64,000 nt of DNA from Podarcis cretensis (lineage: Eukaryota): NCBI GenBank assembly GCA_951804945.1, contig OX638151.1:84506001-84570000 (forward strand), read 5' to 3'. Below, one piece after another: positions 52,454-64,000 of the stretch. Each line of letters opens with the position of its first letter. Position 1 is the stretch's first letter. Position numbers and translations under genes: made by a program. The notes below the pieces were generated by a model. That model was not told where the DNA came from, made no database searches, and saw nothing but the letters and a program-made list of their open reading frames with translations.

Positions 52454-54274
52454 GATTTAATCTGTTTGGACAATTTTTAGCATACGTATCATTCGGTAAT
52501 CTCAAGCTAGGTTACAAAATTTTAAGACAACCATTATCTCTAAATAATTTTAAAATCATTGTTATTTAACCAGCCGGAATCTGACAACATTAGTCAAATG
52601 TATCCAGCATCCAGCATTTTTGTTTAAAGCATACCTAATTGCATAAATGTCTCCCACTGGTTCCTACTTTTTGACAATCTCCTTTCTCCCTTTCTACATT
52701 ATGTTCTCCATGTCATTCAAATTTGGCCTGAGATATGACATGAAATAGAGGTAGTTCCATTTACAGTGATGGTTTTCTGGCACACAGATTTCTGCTTGCT
52801 AAGAACTGAGCTTGCAAACATTAACTTAGCTCACTATGGCAACCAAACATCTGTAAAAGGCAATAACATCTTTCAATCACCAGCAAGTCAGGCCAGGCTT
52901 GAATTCATGATCCTGTACTGAAAAGCTCTGATTCCATTACCAATTTTTGGGAATCCTTCAGTCTCCTTATCCACTTGGAACTGAAGACACTTAAGACTTT
53001 CACATTGGCCAAGATCTGTAAAACTGAGTTAATTAATCTATGCCAATAAATATTACTTTGCGCATGAATGGTCCAGTATGAATGCGTCATCTTTGGATTT
53101 TGAAAGTTTAATTGAAACCTGATGAGATGGAAAGATTGAAGTCCTTTGGACACAATTGCAGCGGAATTCATAGCCGAATTTCCCATGAATGCCAATCCTC
53201 CATTGTCTGTGTGACAGGAGGCAAAAAATAGGGTTTTCCTTCATCTCTGAGAGTCTTCTAATTTTGGAAGCAAGGACTGAGGTGGAAACTGGCCCTCTCA
53301 GTGCATTGTGAAATGGGCATTAACTGGGTTGACCAAAACACCTGGAATTTGTGACTGATAGTGTGATCAGTGTGACTGACAGAGCGATAGTGTGAACATT
53401 CAGATTTAATCCCCCAGGTCTTCTGGTTCAAAGATCCTGTGTAGCAGCAGTAGTGGCTCTTGGGGCAAGGCAGTATTGCTCACCTGACTTCCCAATTCTG
53501 TGCATTCCTGCCAGTTACCACAAGAAAGAAGGTGAGGGATGAGGCAGCAGGGCATTTGGTGCAATGTGGGCACAGTGGCAAGAACATCAGGTTGGCTCTG
53601 ACGTGGCATCCACTTTGTGCTGATGTCCCTATGTCATCAGATCCTGAAGGGGCCATTGGTCAGCCAGAGATAACTCTGCTCCTCTGTTTAGTACCATTTG
53701 GATTTTTCAGGTCCATCTCTTTCCCTCCTGGCCCCTGGTATGCTCTCCCTGCATCCATAAGATTGTAGAGAATGCATTTAAAAATGTAAAATGCTTTTGG
53801 CAGAAAAGTGGGCTAAAAAAAAATATGAAGGACTCTTGCGGAATTCAGTTTCTGTGAAGTCTGATGCAACCTGACCTGATCTGCCCACCCTATCAGGTGT
53901 CCTTTGGAGTTTTTCTCTGAGTCTTGCAATACAATTCTAAGCTAAGTGTGTGTGTACACACTTAGAAAGGCAAACAGTGAGATAAAATATGCATTTTAAT
54001 ATATTTAAAGAGTAATTTAATTTTTAATTTTCCTCCCCATTTCTCTTTAAAAGATTGCAGATTGATGTGGAAATGGAATATAATGAACTTATGAATGAGC
54101 ACACATTAATGTAACACAGACCAGAAATAGAATAATCCAGCCACCCTGAACAAAAATGCATTAAATCAATATCAGGTAAAGAAATAATTGCTCTGCTGCA
54201 CAAAGAGAGTAAAATGTTTGGAGGGCTTGCAGAGGGTGCTGTTGCTCCCACAAAGAGTCTGCTGTAACTTCTTG

Positions 54275-54680
54275 TGTTAAATTACAAGGCCCTTAACAAC
54301 TTGGCTTGAAGATCCCTTAGTTCCTTATATCTCTGCCCAATCAGTGAGATCCTTTGATAAGTCACTGTTAGTGGTCATCCACAGCTCAGACACAGGGCTT
54401 GTGTCCACTAGGAGCCATGTGTTCAGTATTGTGGACCCAATTCTGTGGGACTCCCTCCTGACTGAGATCAGACCGGACCCTCCTTGTTGAACTTCTAGCA
54501 GTTAGTAAATACCTTCTTATTTCAACAGGCATTTTAGGTAAGCTTTTCTTATTCATTTTAACTGATGTTATCTTTACTGTGTGTTCAGTAACCTTCCTGT
54601 TACTGTGTGTTCAGTAACCTTTCAAAGTGACACTTCGAAACAATGGTGTTAAGTGGCAAATAAACTATGGAAATTAAATT
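54275..54680 (+). mobile_element. Old L2 3' fragment
   Basis: Remnants YKALNNL, FSIVDPILWDSL and LVNTFLFQQAF. Confidence 0.65.
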
Positions 54681-54829
54681 AATAACTCTACTCAATGGTG
54701 GCTGTTTTCAAGTAACACACACTTTTTGGGGAGCCCATAGCAGTAGAGCTGGAGTCCTTACATCACAATGCTATCTATATGATTTTCTAATAACATCTTT
54801 GGGCTCCTTATTTATAGAAGAAGACTAAT

Positions 54830-55025
54830 GGCACAGTCTTAACTATGTCTACTCAGATGTAAATTCTACTGAATTAAGTGGGGCTTACTCCCAATTAAGT
54901 GAGGCTAGGGTTGTAGCCTATATTACCAGGGTAGCAATTTAAGCCTTGGCATGTTTACTCAGAAGTAAGTTCTACTGAGTTCAGCCAGGCTTACTCCCAA
55001 GTAAGTGGGTACAGGCTTTCAGCCT
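54830..55025. mobile_element. Two tandem copies of a ~90-bp palindromic MITE (tactcagaagtaag family); relatives at ~6100-6190 and ~16550-16640
   Basis: Repeated tactcaga.gtaa..tctactga.tt....ggcttactccca..taagtg. Confidence 0.65.
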
Positions 55026-55633
55026 TGATTACAACAATTATCAGAAAAAAATACCAAATAAAAGTGCATCCAAGAAAAATGCTGGAGGAAGTAACTGGAC
55101 CAGCAGTGCTGTTTTTTCCAATTGTACTTTTTTACATGAAATGTTGGAGATTCATCCTTATCAGACAATGGGGTTGGTGTGACATCAAGGAAGTCTGAGT
55201 CATCTCTGCAGTATATTGTCTGCAACAGCCATTCAACTGTACGTCAAGGAAGAAACCAATGCAGCATTTGTAGTAAGTACTTTTGCAGCAGATATGAACA
55301 CAGCTGCTATTTTTCTGTATATTTTGAAAGAGCAAATTGATTCCAGTTCCAGATATAACATAAATACACCCCTTATAAAGAAATGTAATCTCTAGTGCAG
55401 TCTCATATCAAAAATATTTGCCTTGTTTTATTCTGTGCATTGAGATCCAGAGCATTCCGTCCACAAATAGAAGAACTCACTTTGTTAGGTCAGACAAATC
55501 CAACAGGTAGATTACTGGATGCCTGTGGTGGATTACTGGCTCTCCCCAAAGAATCATAGAATCATAGAATCATAGAGTTGGAAGAGACCACAAGGGCCAT
55601 CGAGTCCAACCCCCTGCCAAGCAGGAAACACCA

Positions 55634-58549
55634 TCAGAGCACTCCTGACATATGGTTGTCAAGCCTCTGCTTAAAGACCTCCAAAGAAGGAGACTCCACC
55701 ACACTCCTTGGCAGCAAATTCCACTGTCGAACAGCTCTTACTGTCAGGAAGTTCTTCCTAATGTTTAGGTGGAATCTTTTTTCTTGTAGTTTGGAACCAT
55801 TGCTCCGTGTCCGCTTCTCTGGAGCAGCAGAAAACAACCTTTCTCCCTCCTCTATGTGACATCCTTTTATATATTTGAACATGGCTATCATATCACTCCT
55901 TAACCTCCTCTTCTCCAGGCTAAACATGCCCAGCTCCCTTAGCCGTTCCTCATAAGGCATTGTTTCCAGGCCTTTGACCATTTTGGTTGCCCTCCTCTGG
56001 ACACGTTCCAGTTTGTCAGTGTCCTTCTTGAACTGTGGTGCCCAGAACTGGACACAGTACTCCAGGTGAGGTCTGACCAGAACAGAATACAGTGGCACTA
56101 TTACTTCCCTTGCTCTAGATGCTATACTATTGATGCAGCCCAGAATTGCATTGGCTTTTTTAGCTGCCTCGTCACACTGTTGGCTCATGTCAAGTTTGTG
56201 GTCAACCAAGACTCCTAGATCCTTTTCACATGTACTGCTCTCAAGCCAGGTGTCACCCATCTTGTATTTGTGCATCTCATTTTTTTTGCCCAAGTGCAAT
56301 ACTTTACATTTCTCCCTGTTAAAATTCATCTGGTTTGTTTTAGCCCAGTTCTCTAATCTGTCAAGGTCGTTTTGAAGTGTGATCCTGTCCTCTGGGGTGT
56401 TAGCCACCCCTCCCAATTTGGTGTCATCTGCAAATTTGATCAGGATGCCCTTGAGTCCATCATCCAAGTCGTTGATAAAGATGTTGAATAAGACTGGGCC
56501 CAAGACAGAACCCTGTGGCACCCCACTAGTCACTCTTCTCCAGGATGAAGAGGAACCATTGATGAGCACCCTTTGGGTTCGATCAGTCAGCCAGTTACAA
56601 ATCCACTGAGTGGTAGCATAGTCAAGTCCACATTTTACCAGCTTCTTTACGAGAATATCATGGGGCACCTTGTCAAATGCCTTGCTGAAATCAAGGTAGG
56701 CTACATCCACTGCGTTCCCTTCATCTACCAGGCTTGTAATTCTGTCAAAAAACGAGATCAGGTTAGTCTGACATAACTTATTTTTCAGAAATCCATGCTG
56801 ACTATTGGTGATCACAGCATTCCTTTCTAGGTGCTCACAGACTGTTTGCTTAATGATCTGCTCCAGAATCTTCCCTGGTATTGATGTCAGACTGACTGGG
56901 CGGTAATTATTTGGGTCCTCTCTTTTCCCCTTTTTGAAAATAGGGACAACATTTGCCCTCCTCCAGTCTGCCGGGACTTCGCCTGTTCTCCAGGAATTCT
57001 CAAAGATGACAGCCAGTGGTTCTGAGATCACATCTGCCAGTTCTTTTAATACTCTTGGATGCAGTTCATCTGGCCCTGGAGACTTGAATACATCTAAACT
57101 AGCCAAGTATTCTTGTACTATCTCCTTCGTTATTCTGGGCTGTGTTTCCTCTGCTGAATCATTTGCTCCCAATTCTTCAGGTCGGGCATTGTTTTCTTTA
57201 TCGGAGAAGACTGAGGCAAAGAAGGCATTGAGGAGTTCAGCCCTTTCTGTGTCCCCTGTTTGCATTTCACCATCTTCTCCTCTGAGTGACCCCACTGTTT
57301 CTTTGTTCTTCCTTTTGCTACGAACATACCCATAAAAGCCTTTTTTGTTGCTTTTAACCTCTCTAGCAAGCCTGAGTTCATTCTGTGCTTTAGCTTTTCT
57401 GACTTTGTGTCTACACGTGCTGGCTATTTGTTTGAATTCCTCTTTGGTGGTTTCCCCCCTTTTCCATTTTTTGTACACATCCTTTTTTAATCTTAACTCA
57501 ATTAAAAGTTCTTTAGATAGCCACCCTGGCTTCTTTAGGCACCTTCCATGTTTCCGTCTCATTGGTATTGCCTGAAGTTGTGCTTTTACTATCTCCCTCT
57601 TAACAAACTCCCAGCCATCATGAACTCCCTTTCCTTTTAGTATTACTGTCCATGGGATCTCACCCAGCACTTCCCTAAGTTTTATGAAGTCGGCTTTCTT
57701 AAAGTCAAGAAATTGAGTCCTAGTATGCTTGTCTGCTCCTTTCCGCTGTATAGTAAACTTCAGAAGAGCATGATCACTCGCGCCTAATGATCCTTCCACT
57801 TCTACCCCACTAACCAGGTCATCAACATTGGTTAGGACCAGATCTAAAATGGCTGTTCCTCTTGTTGCTTCTCCCACTTTCTGGACAACGAAGTTGTCTG
57901 CAAGGCCAGTGAGGAATCTGTTTGAACTTATGCTCTTGGCTGAGTTTGACATCCAGCAAATATCCGGGTAATTGAAGTCCCCCATTACTACTATCTCCCT
58001 TCCTTTTGCATGCTTGGCCATCTGTTCCAGGAAGGCTTCAACTATGTCCTCCGTTTGGCTTGGGGATCTATAGTAAACTCCCACAATGAGGTCCCTGTTA
58101 TTCTTCTCTCCCTTAATTTTGACCCAAATGCTCTCACTTTGGCTTTGAGGTTCTAAATCTTGGATCTCTTCACAGGTATACACATCCCTGACATATAACA
58201 CCACTCCTCCTTTCTTGTCTGGTCTGTTTCTCTGAAATAGATTGTATCCCTCCATTATTACATTCTAGTCATGGGACTTATCCCACCAGGTTTCAGTGAT
58301 GCCTATTATGTCATATTTAGTTTGCTGTACCAAGAGCTCAAGCTCATCTTGTTTATTTCCCATGCTTTGCGCATTAGTGTACAGACATTGAAGTCCATTA
58401 ATCATTCCCCCGTGTCTCTTATTTAAGGATTTTTTCCTCCCACCACTAGGTCTGCGTGCTGTTTGCTCCATTTGGTCTATGACATTTGGATGATCATCTT
58501 CATCAATTGATAGACTCCTACCTTCAGGAGCACTGTCTCCCTCCCCCAC
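55634..58549 (-). pseudogene. CR1 ORF2 (APE endonuclease + reverse transcriptase) with one in-frame nonsense codon
   Basis: ORFs 58265..58549 and 55634..58255 are in one frame, separated by TAG at 58265-58267 (..ETWWDKSHD*NVIMEGY..). APE motifs: [32 protein letters not shown] motifs: [30 protein letters not shown]. Confidence 0.95.
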
Positions 58550-58569
58550 ATTAGTCAGTTTAAAGCCCT

Positions 58570-59639
58570 TCAGTTTAAAGCCCTTCTGATGAGGTTTCTG
58601 AGATTTTTGGCAAAAACATTCCTCCCAACCGTTGTGAGGTGCAGCCCATCGCTTGCCAGAAGTCCATCTTCAAGAAACTGCAGTCCGTGATCTAAGAATC
58701 CAAACCGTTCCTGTTTACACCATTTGTGAAGCCAGCTGTTTCCACTATTTTTCTCTCTCTCCCTGGGCCACGTCGTTCAACTGGGAGGACAGATGAGATG
58801 ACAATTTGTGCATTTAATTGCTTCAATTTCCTGCCCAGAGCCTCATAGTCTCTTTTGATCTTCTGGAGGCTATTGCTTGCAGTGTCATTGGTTCCCACAT
58901 GAACCAAGAGGAAGGGGTATTTGTCAGTGGGTTTTATGATTCCTTGCAGTCGTTCAGTTACATCTTGGATCTTAGCCCCGGGGAGACAGCACACTTCCCG
59001 AGACATCTTGTCAGGTGCACAGATCACTGCTTCTGTTCCCCTCAGTAGGGAATCCCCTATCACCACTACACGCCTCCTCTTAGGTTTGGTTGGGGTTCTT
59101 CCGTGAGCTGTCCGTTCCAAGGTCACCTGCACATTCCCTGAGGACTGACTTTGCTGCTCGTCTTCATATACCTGATCGACTGTAATGAGGGAGAGATCCT
59201 CAAATGGAGTCTGCTCTTCGTCTTCCATGCTAGGGGAGAGGACCTCAAAGCGATTGTGTATTTCTAAACAATCAGAGCGAACCCTGGGCTTCCTACTTCT
59301 TTGAGTCACGTTTCTCCATATATCTGGCTCCTGTGTTGGTGAACTAGCCTCCTTCTCAGGGGAGTCCCCTGTCTCCTCCTTGGTGGAGATGGTGTGCTCT
59401 GTTGCTTCCAAGAAGAGCTCCAGCTCTCTAATTCTTTGGAGCGTAGCTACACGTTCCTCCAGTTGCTGGACTTTGTCTTTTAAGAGGGCAATCAGCATGA
59501 AATTGCTGCAGGTAAAGCTGCCTGCAACCTTTGGCAAGATGGCAAACATTGTGCAGAAACCGCAGGCGACTGCAGCTGTTCCCTCACTCTCCATCTTGAG
59601 AACGTGTCGTTGGGGGTGGCTACAGCGGTCCTCCATCAT
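58570..59639 (-). pseudogene. CR1 ORF1 (zinc finger, coiled coil, SGNH esterase-like domain), frameshifted near 58740
   Basis: Motifs CGFC..FTCSNF, LKDKVQQLEERVATL, VVIGDSLLRG and LVHVGTND. After RERKIVE an alternative frame continues NSWLHKWCKQERFGFLDHG..ASDGLHLTTVGRNVFAKNLRNLIRRALN*. Confidence 0.9.
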
Positions 59640-60094
59640 AAGAAGTGTGCAGACAGGACAAATAACTCCCCCCCCAAAAAAACCCTAGGTCTCCCCCAAC
59701 AAACGTTTGAGACTAGCTCCCCTAAATCTAAGAGATGGATCAAACTGTGCGCGCCGCTAGGCGTGCGCCGCTGCCCTGCAAGCTCTGATAAGCTCCTCCC
59801 ACAGCTAATCACCTGCCTCAACAGAAACCCTGCCCCCTCTGACCTTTGCACAAGGAGAGCAGCTAATCAGCCACAAGAAACACACACACAAGAAAACCTT
59901 TTTAGCTCCTTCTTCAGCCGCTGCCCTGCAAGCTCTCAAAGAAGCTCAACAACTTCGGCCAAAAGGGGGTAGATCACTGCCAGTTTATAACTCTGTGAGT
60001 AGATTGCAGTCTCTTGGGCAACCCCTGTGTTAGGTGAATGGATTGAGATTCAGTTAAGGCTCCTGCTGGAGAAAGCAGGTACTAGCAGATTGGT

Positions 60095-60520
60095 ATGGGT
60101 GGGGGATCAATTCAGCCTACCTAATTTGTGCTTTCAAAACAATATGAGAACCAAAACTTAGCCATCCTTCAAAATCCACACTTCTCCAAATTTTGCAATG
60201 TGGGGTTTTCCCCCCAGTCAAGTCATGTGTATAAAAGTGCATATACTGGGGTAAGATTTCAATTGCAATGCACATATTCATGAAATTAACTTACATAAAT
60301 GCATTATTTTGGGGGAAAGTCCTTTCAGAAATGTGTACATTAGGCAAAATTGCATACAAACATGCATATATGAGGCTAAATTTGAATCAAAATGATGAAT
60401 TTTCATGAAGATCTTTTTTCAATAAAATAAAATTTCAAACTGACGTGGAAATGTGGAGAAATTTAAGATGGGGAAAAGGAAAAACAGAGGGAACAAAATG
60501 GACAGATTCATCCATCACTG
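60095..60520 (+). mobile_element. Diverged copy of the 41204 hAT family; further copies at ~3165-3440, ~21111-21390, ~22050-22470 and ~35070-35230
   Basis: Shared motifs gccatccttcaaaat, aaatgcattat, ttaggcaaaattgca and gacagattca.ccat. Confidence 0.7.
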
Positions 60521-62632
60521 ATAATAGGCTACTTTGAACAGAAAGGAACATGCCCCCTGCTCCCATAGATTAATCCGCAAGATTAGCTGCTTCTCATTCA
60601 ACCTCTTATTGTTATCTACCTATGCGAAGGGTAACTAATGTGGTCCCCTACGGCTGTTGCCTGACTACTGGGCACACTGACTGGGATGTGCCCCCTCTCC
60701 CTCCTGCATATCAGTCTCTGTCTGCTTTGGCCACAGGGAAGACAATGGGTTGGGAGCCATGGCAAAGGTGCTCATCGGAGACGGGCTCCCCAAACTGTTC
60801 AAGAAGGATGCTAATGTATTTCTCTTCCTCCGTGGATTTGGAGTAGCATTTTGCAAGATATGTTTGCTGAAACAGAATCAATTAATATAAAAAAATAGGT
60901 ATGTATTTCTGAAATGTGGCAGGTTTGCTTTAATCAAATTAACAGAACCCTGGTGCCTGCCATGTGTCTGCAGTTCAGTAGATGATGTCAACATGGAATC
61001 AGCATTGGGTGCTTCCAGGCTGTCACTATTTTCAAGTAGGATTCAGTCACATATGCAAAATCCAAGTTGCACAGTTAAAGTTGATTTGATGGTCTTATGC
61101 GATGCCTGCATCCCTCCAGTCCCATTTTTGATAAGGAGAATGTGTTGGAAAGTGTGGAATAACACTTGCTTGATGCAACATCATCTGACCTTCCCACAAA
61201 CAAGTCAGAATGGATGCTCAATAAACAAGTCATCTGGAAGCAGTCATGGTTCTAAAAAGCAAACTGTTTTGACAACCCTTCCATCATTTTAAAAGGGGTT
61301 TCTGTCATTTGCATAGATGACTCTTATTCCCAGAAAAAAGGGAGATGCTTCAGATATTCATGCAGGTGATAAATGTTATATTCTCCCAATGTTTAGGGTT
61401 CTGTTCAACATAGTGCTAAGGAGAATGTTCAGTTATCTTTCCCTCTTCCTCTGTATGCCCCCTAAATCTGTTTTGGGTTTTCCCCAACCCTCCAGAGCAG
61501 ATTTGGGCATGACATAGGGTGAGGGAAAGTGAGGGTGAAATCCTGTTTCTGCATAGCTAATCCTCACACTACACAGACACATTGTTGAATGTTGCCTATA
61601 AAAAAATAATAATTCCATTTTATTCAACTCTCCATTCCATCCTCTGGTGAAAGACTGGGAAAGACTTGTGTCTTCCATAGAACTGGCAATGTAAAGACCC
61701 TTCCAAACAGAAAGGTTTAGTTCTCCCCATCTTTTGAATCCCATGAAAACAAAAGAGAGATTTATTTGGCAAATTTATTACAGCATAAACTTCAGTGGGC
61801 TACAGCCTGCTTCATCCAATTACTGAAATGTAATCCTTATAGGTATGGATGTAGCAGAACAAAATTGTAATTTTGGACTTAAATGGCAGCAAGTAAACCA
61901 AAAAGATAATCTGTGAATCCCCAACAACTAATACCACACATGTTATATAGGTTGATAACATCATTTTATAATAATCTCTCTTGATAGGATGGGCTACAGT
62001 TCCTTTCAGAAAGTGTGATCTTCTAATAAAAATAAGCTATATAGTTTGTGAAGTATGTTGTTTTCTTCCTGTTGTGAGTATAAAAGGGTTTCCTTTGGCA
62101 AAAAATATTAAAATTTACTTTTTTTCTGGAATATATATGCAACAAAATACAATGTGCCTATTGATGTCCAATGTCATAAACAACTATATCTAAAAACTTT
62201 GTTGTTGGTGTTTTGCCTGCATTTTAAATTGTACTTTCCATGAGAATCCATCTTGTCAAGGCTGATGCCAAAGACCTCTTTTAAAAATATTATTTTTGGC
62301 ATAAACGTAACATCTTTTTTTAAAAGACAGATTTCCTAAAGAAGATTGCAGGCTTTGTACCAGATATGCTCTCTAGAGCATTCTAGCAATTATGCCGTAG
62401 CTTATGGCAAACGTCCCTATTCAGGGCTGCCATTTGTTTGACATGAAAGTGGAAAGGCATCATTGCATACTTGTGTTCCATTGACTTTTGGAGTTGCCTT
62501 GGAGTCAAATTGAAAAATTCAGATGGAACATTATTCTGGAAATATTGTCTGAACACATTTCAATCAGTATTGGTAAAACAGAGTCACAAAACGATGTTAA
62601 ATGCAAGCTTTCAAGATGTGGGTGGGTGGCTG

Positions 62633-62634
<2 letters not shown>

Positions 62635-62679
<45 letters not shown>
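62635..62679. repeat. (GA)n microsatellite
   Basis: Direct reading. Confidence 0.95.
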
Positions 62680-62680
<1 letters not shown>

Positions 62681-64000
62681 ATGCATTAAAAGGAAGACAC
62701 CATCTGACCACAGCTTTTGAGGGCAAATGCTTCAAGGCTCCCAGGGTGCTTGTAGTCTAACATATATTGACACTGCTCAGAATTTCTTTTCTGCAGCTAG
62801 CTGAAAGCAAAATTTAAATGGAGGTTTCACAGACAATTTAATCTACTCACAAGTGAATCCATTCAGCAAAGGTCCCTCCAGGTTTTGCCTCATTTATTGT
62901 TTCTAATGGATCCTGTTTGTACGACTAGTGAGTGAACAGGCTGCCCCTGAATAGCCTCACTATCTCAAGCAATTTCCTCTTGAGCATCCTCTCTGTGAAC
63001 TACCCCATGTTAGTTTCTGTTCCACGAGATGAGAGCATTTATTAAATACTCCCCTGCCACGGAACAGAAACTGACATGAGGGAATTCAAAGAGAGGATGC
63101 TTACCACGAACTTACTCACTGATCTTGTAGCTGAAATGATGAAACAAAGAGACTGTGTCAGTGCTGTTGTTTCATGGAAAGACCACAAAAATCATGAAAA
63201 GCCTCAATGGAACTTTTATCCCTTTACACTGGCCAAGCTGGGGGTGCAAATGAATTTTATTACAAAAGAGATGTTGCCTTTTTGCTGTAACAGATTTACG
63301 TGACTATGCTTCAGGAATTTGTTATACCACAAAAACTGTGTAAAGAAAGGGTAACAAATCTAGAGAAAAGGGCCAGTGTGGGAACACCCCAATCTTAGAG
63401 GACTGGACATCTAGATGGGGGGCTTAGTGTTGAAAATGAATAATTAGAAATGGGGAAAGCCTGACAGATTTCCGCTGGAAAAGGTAAACCTGGGCTAGTA
63501 TTTCGATGTCAGCAACATGCTGCTGCTCTCATCCCACAACAAGCACCTGCCTGGAAGCAGTCTAAGAGTCAGGCATGGTGCATTAAAAATTTTCCCACAG
63601 CATATGCCAGGGAATCCAGGGCTTGAATTGGAAATGTCAAGGCCCTTAAATACGTACTTCCTATTCAAATCAATGGGGCTTGAAAGTATTTAATTCATGC
63701 TTCTAGCGTGCTGTAATATAAATCTTCATTATCCCTACTGATTATAGCTGCCTAAAGCCACTGGAATACAGATCACAAGCCATTGGTTTATTTAGCAGGA
63801 CTCAATAAGTGCCTTCATTTATTCAATTTGACAAGCATTAGTATATCAATTAATTAACTGTATTTTCATAATTGTACAAATGAATTACTGTATGTCTAGC
63901 AATGTGAATTGATGCTTTTAATAAAACTTTCAAGAATATGCTGCAGGAAGGAGAAAGCCCCCTCACCCACCCAAAGGGCATTAAGACCTCGATACTCTAT

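Larger units (their letters stand above)
55551..59958 (-). mobile_element. Near-full-length CR1 LINE (5'UTR, ORF1, ORF2, 3' ATTCTATG-type tail)
   Basis: (gaatcata)x3 at 55551 is the CR1 3' microsatellite on the minus strand. The element has an APE-RT ORF2, a zinc finger/coiled-coil/esterase ORF1 and a CpG-containing 5'UTR. Possible short TSD ccaaa at 55546-55550 and 59959-59963. Confidence 0.97.

Noticed and set aside
52905-53244. Overlapping minus-strand ORFs as an exon
   Set aside because: No recognisable protein and no clear splice-site pair.
1-64000. CRISPR array or prokaryote-style operon
   Set aside because: No regularly spaced repeat-spacer array; the sequence is eukaryotic and repeat-dominated.

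Overview
This is vertebrate genomic DNA from a squamate, probably a lacertid lizard, judged from its repeat content (Sauria SINEs, BovB, tRNA/CR1-tailed SINEs). I could not identify any host protein-coding gene; the window reads as a large intron or gene desert. It holds one near-full-length young CR1 LINE (55551-59958, minus strand) whose ORF1 carries one frameshift and whose ORF2 carries one nonsense codon. Also present are truncated BovB, RTE, L2, L1 and CR1 copies, three Sauria SINEs, a solo LTR, many hAT, Tc1/pogo and Harbinger-like MITEs (often nested), and two unclassified poly(A)-type retro-insertions with long TSDs. The most unusual structure is a ~3.5-kb segment (42195-45743) that splits an RTE fragment, is bounded by a repeated 15-mer and appears circularly permuted, as expected if a DNA circle had integrated. 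Almost all short ORFs in the supplied track are spurious or repeat-derived. Family names come from motif recognition by eye, not database searches.
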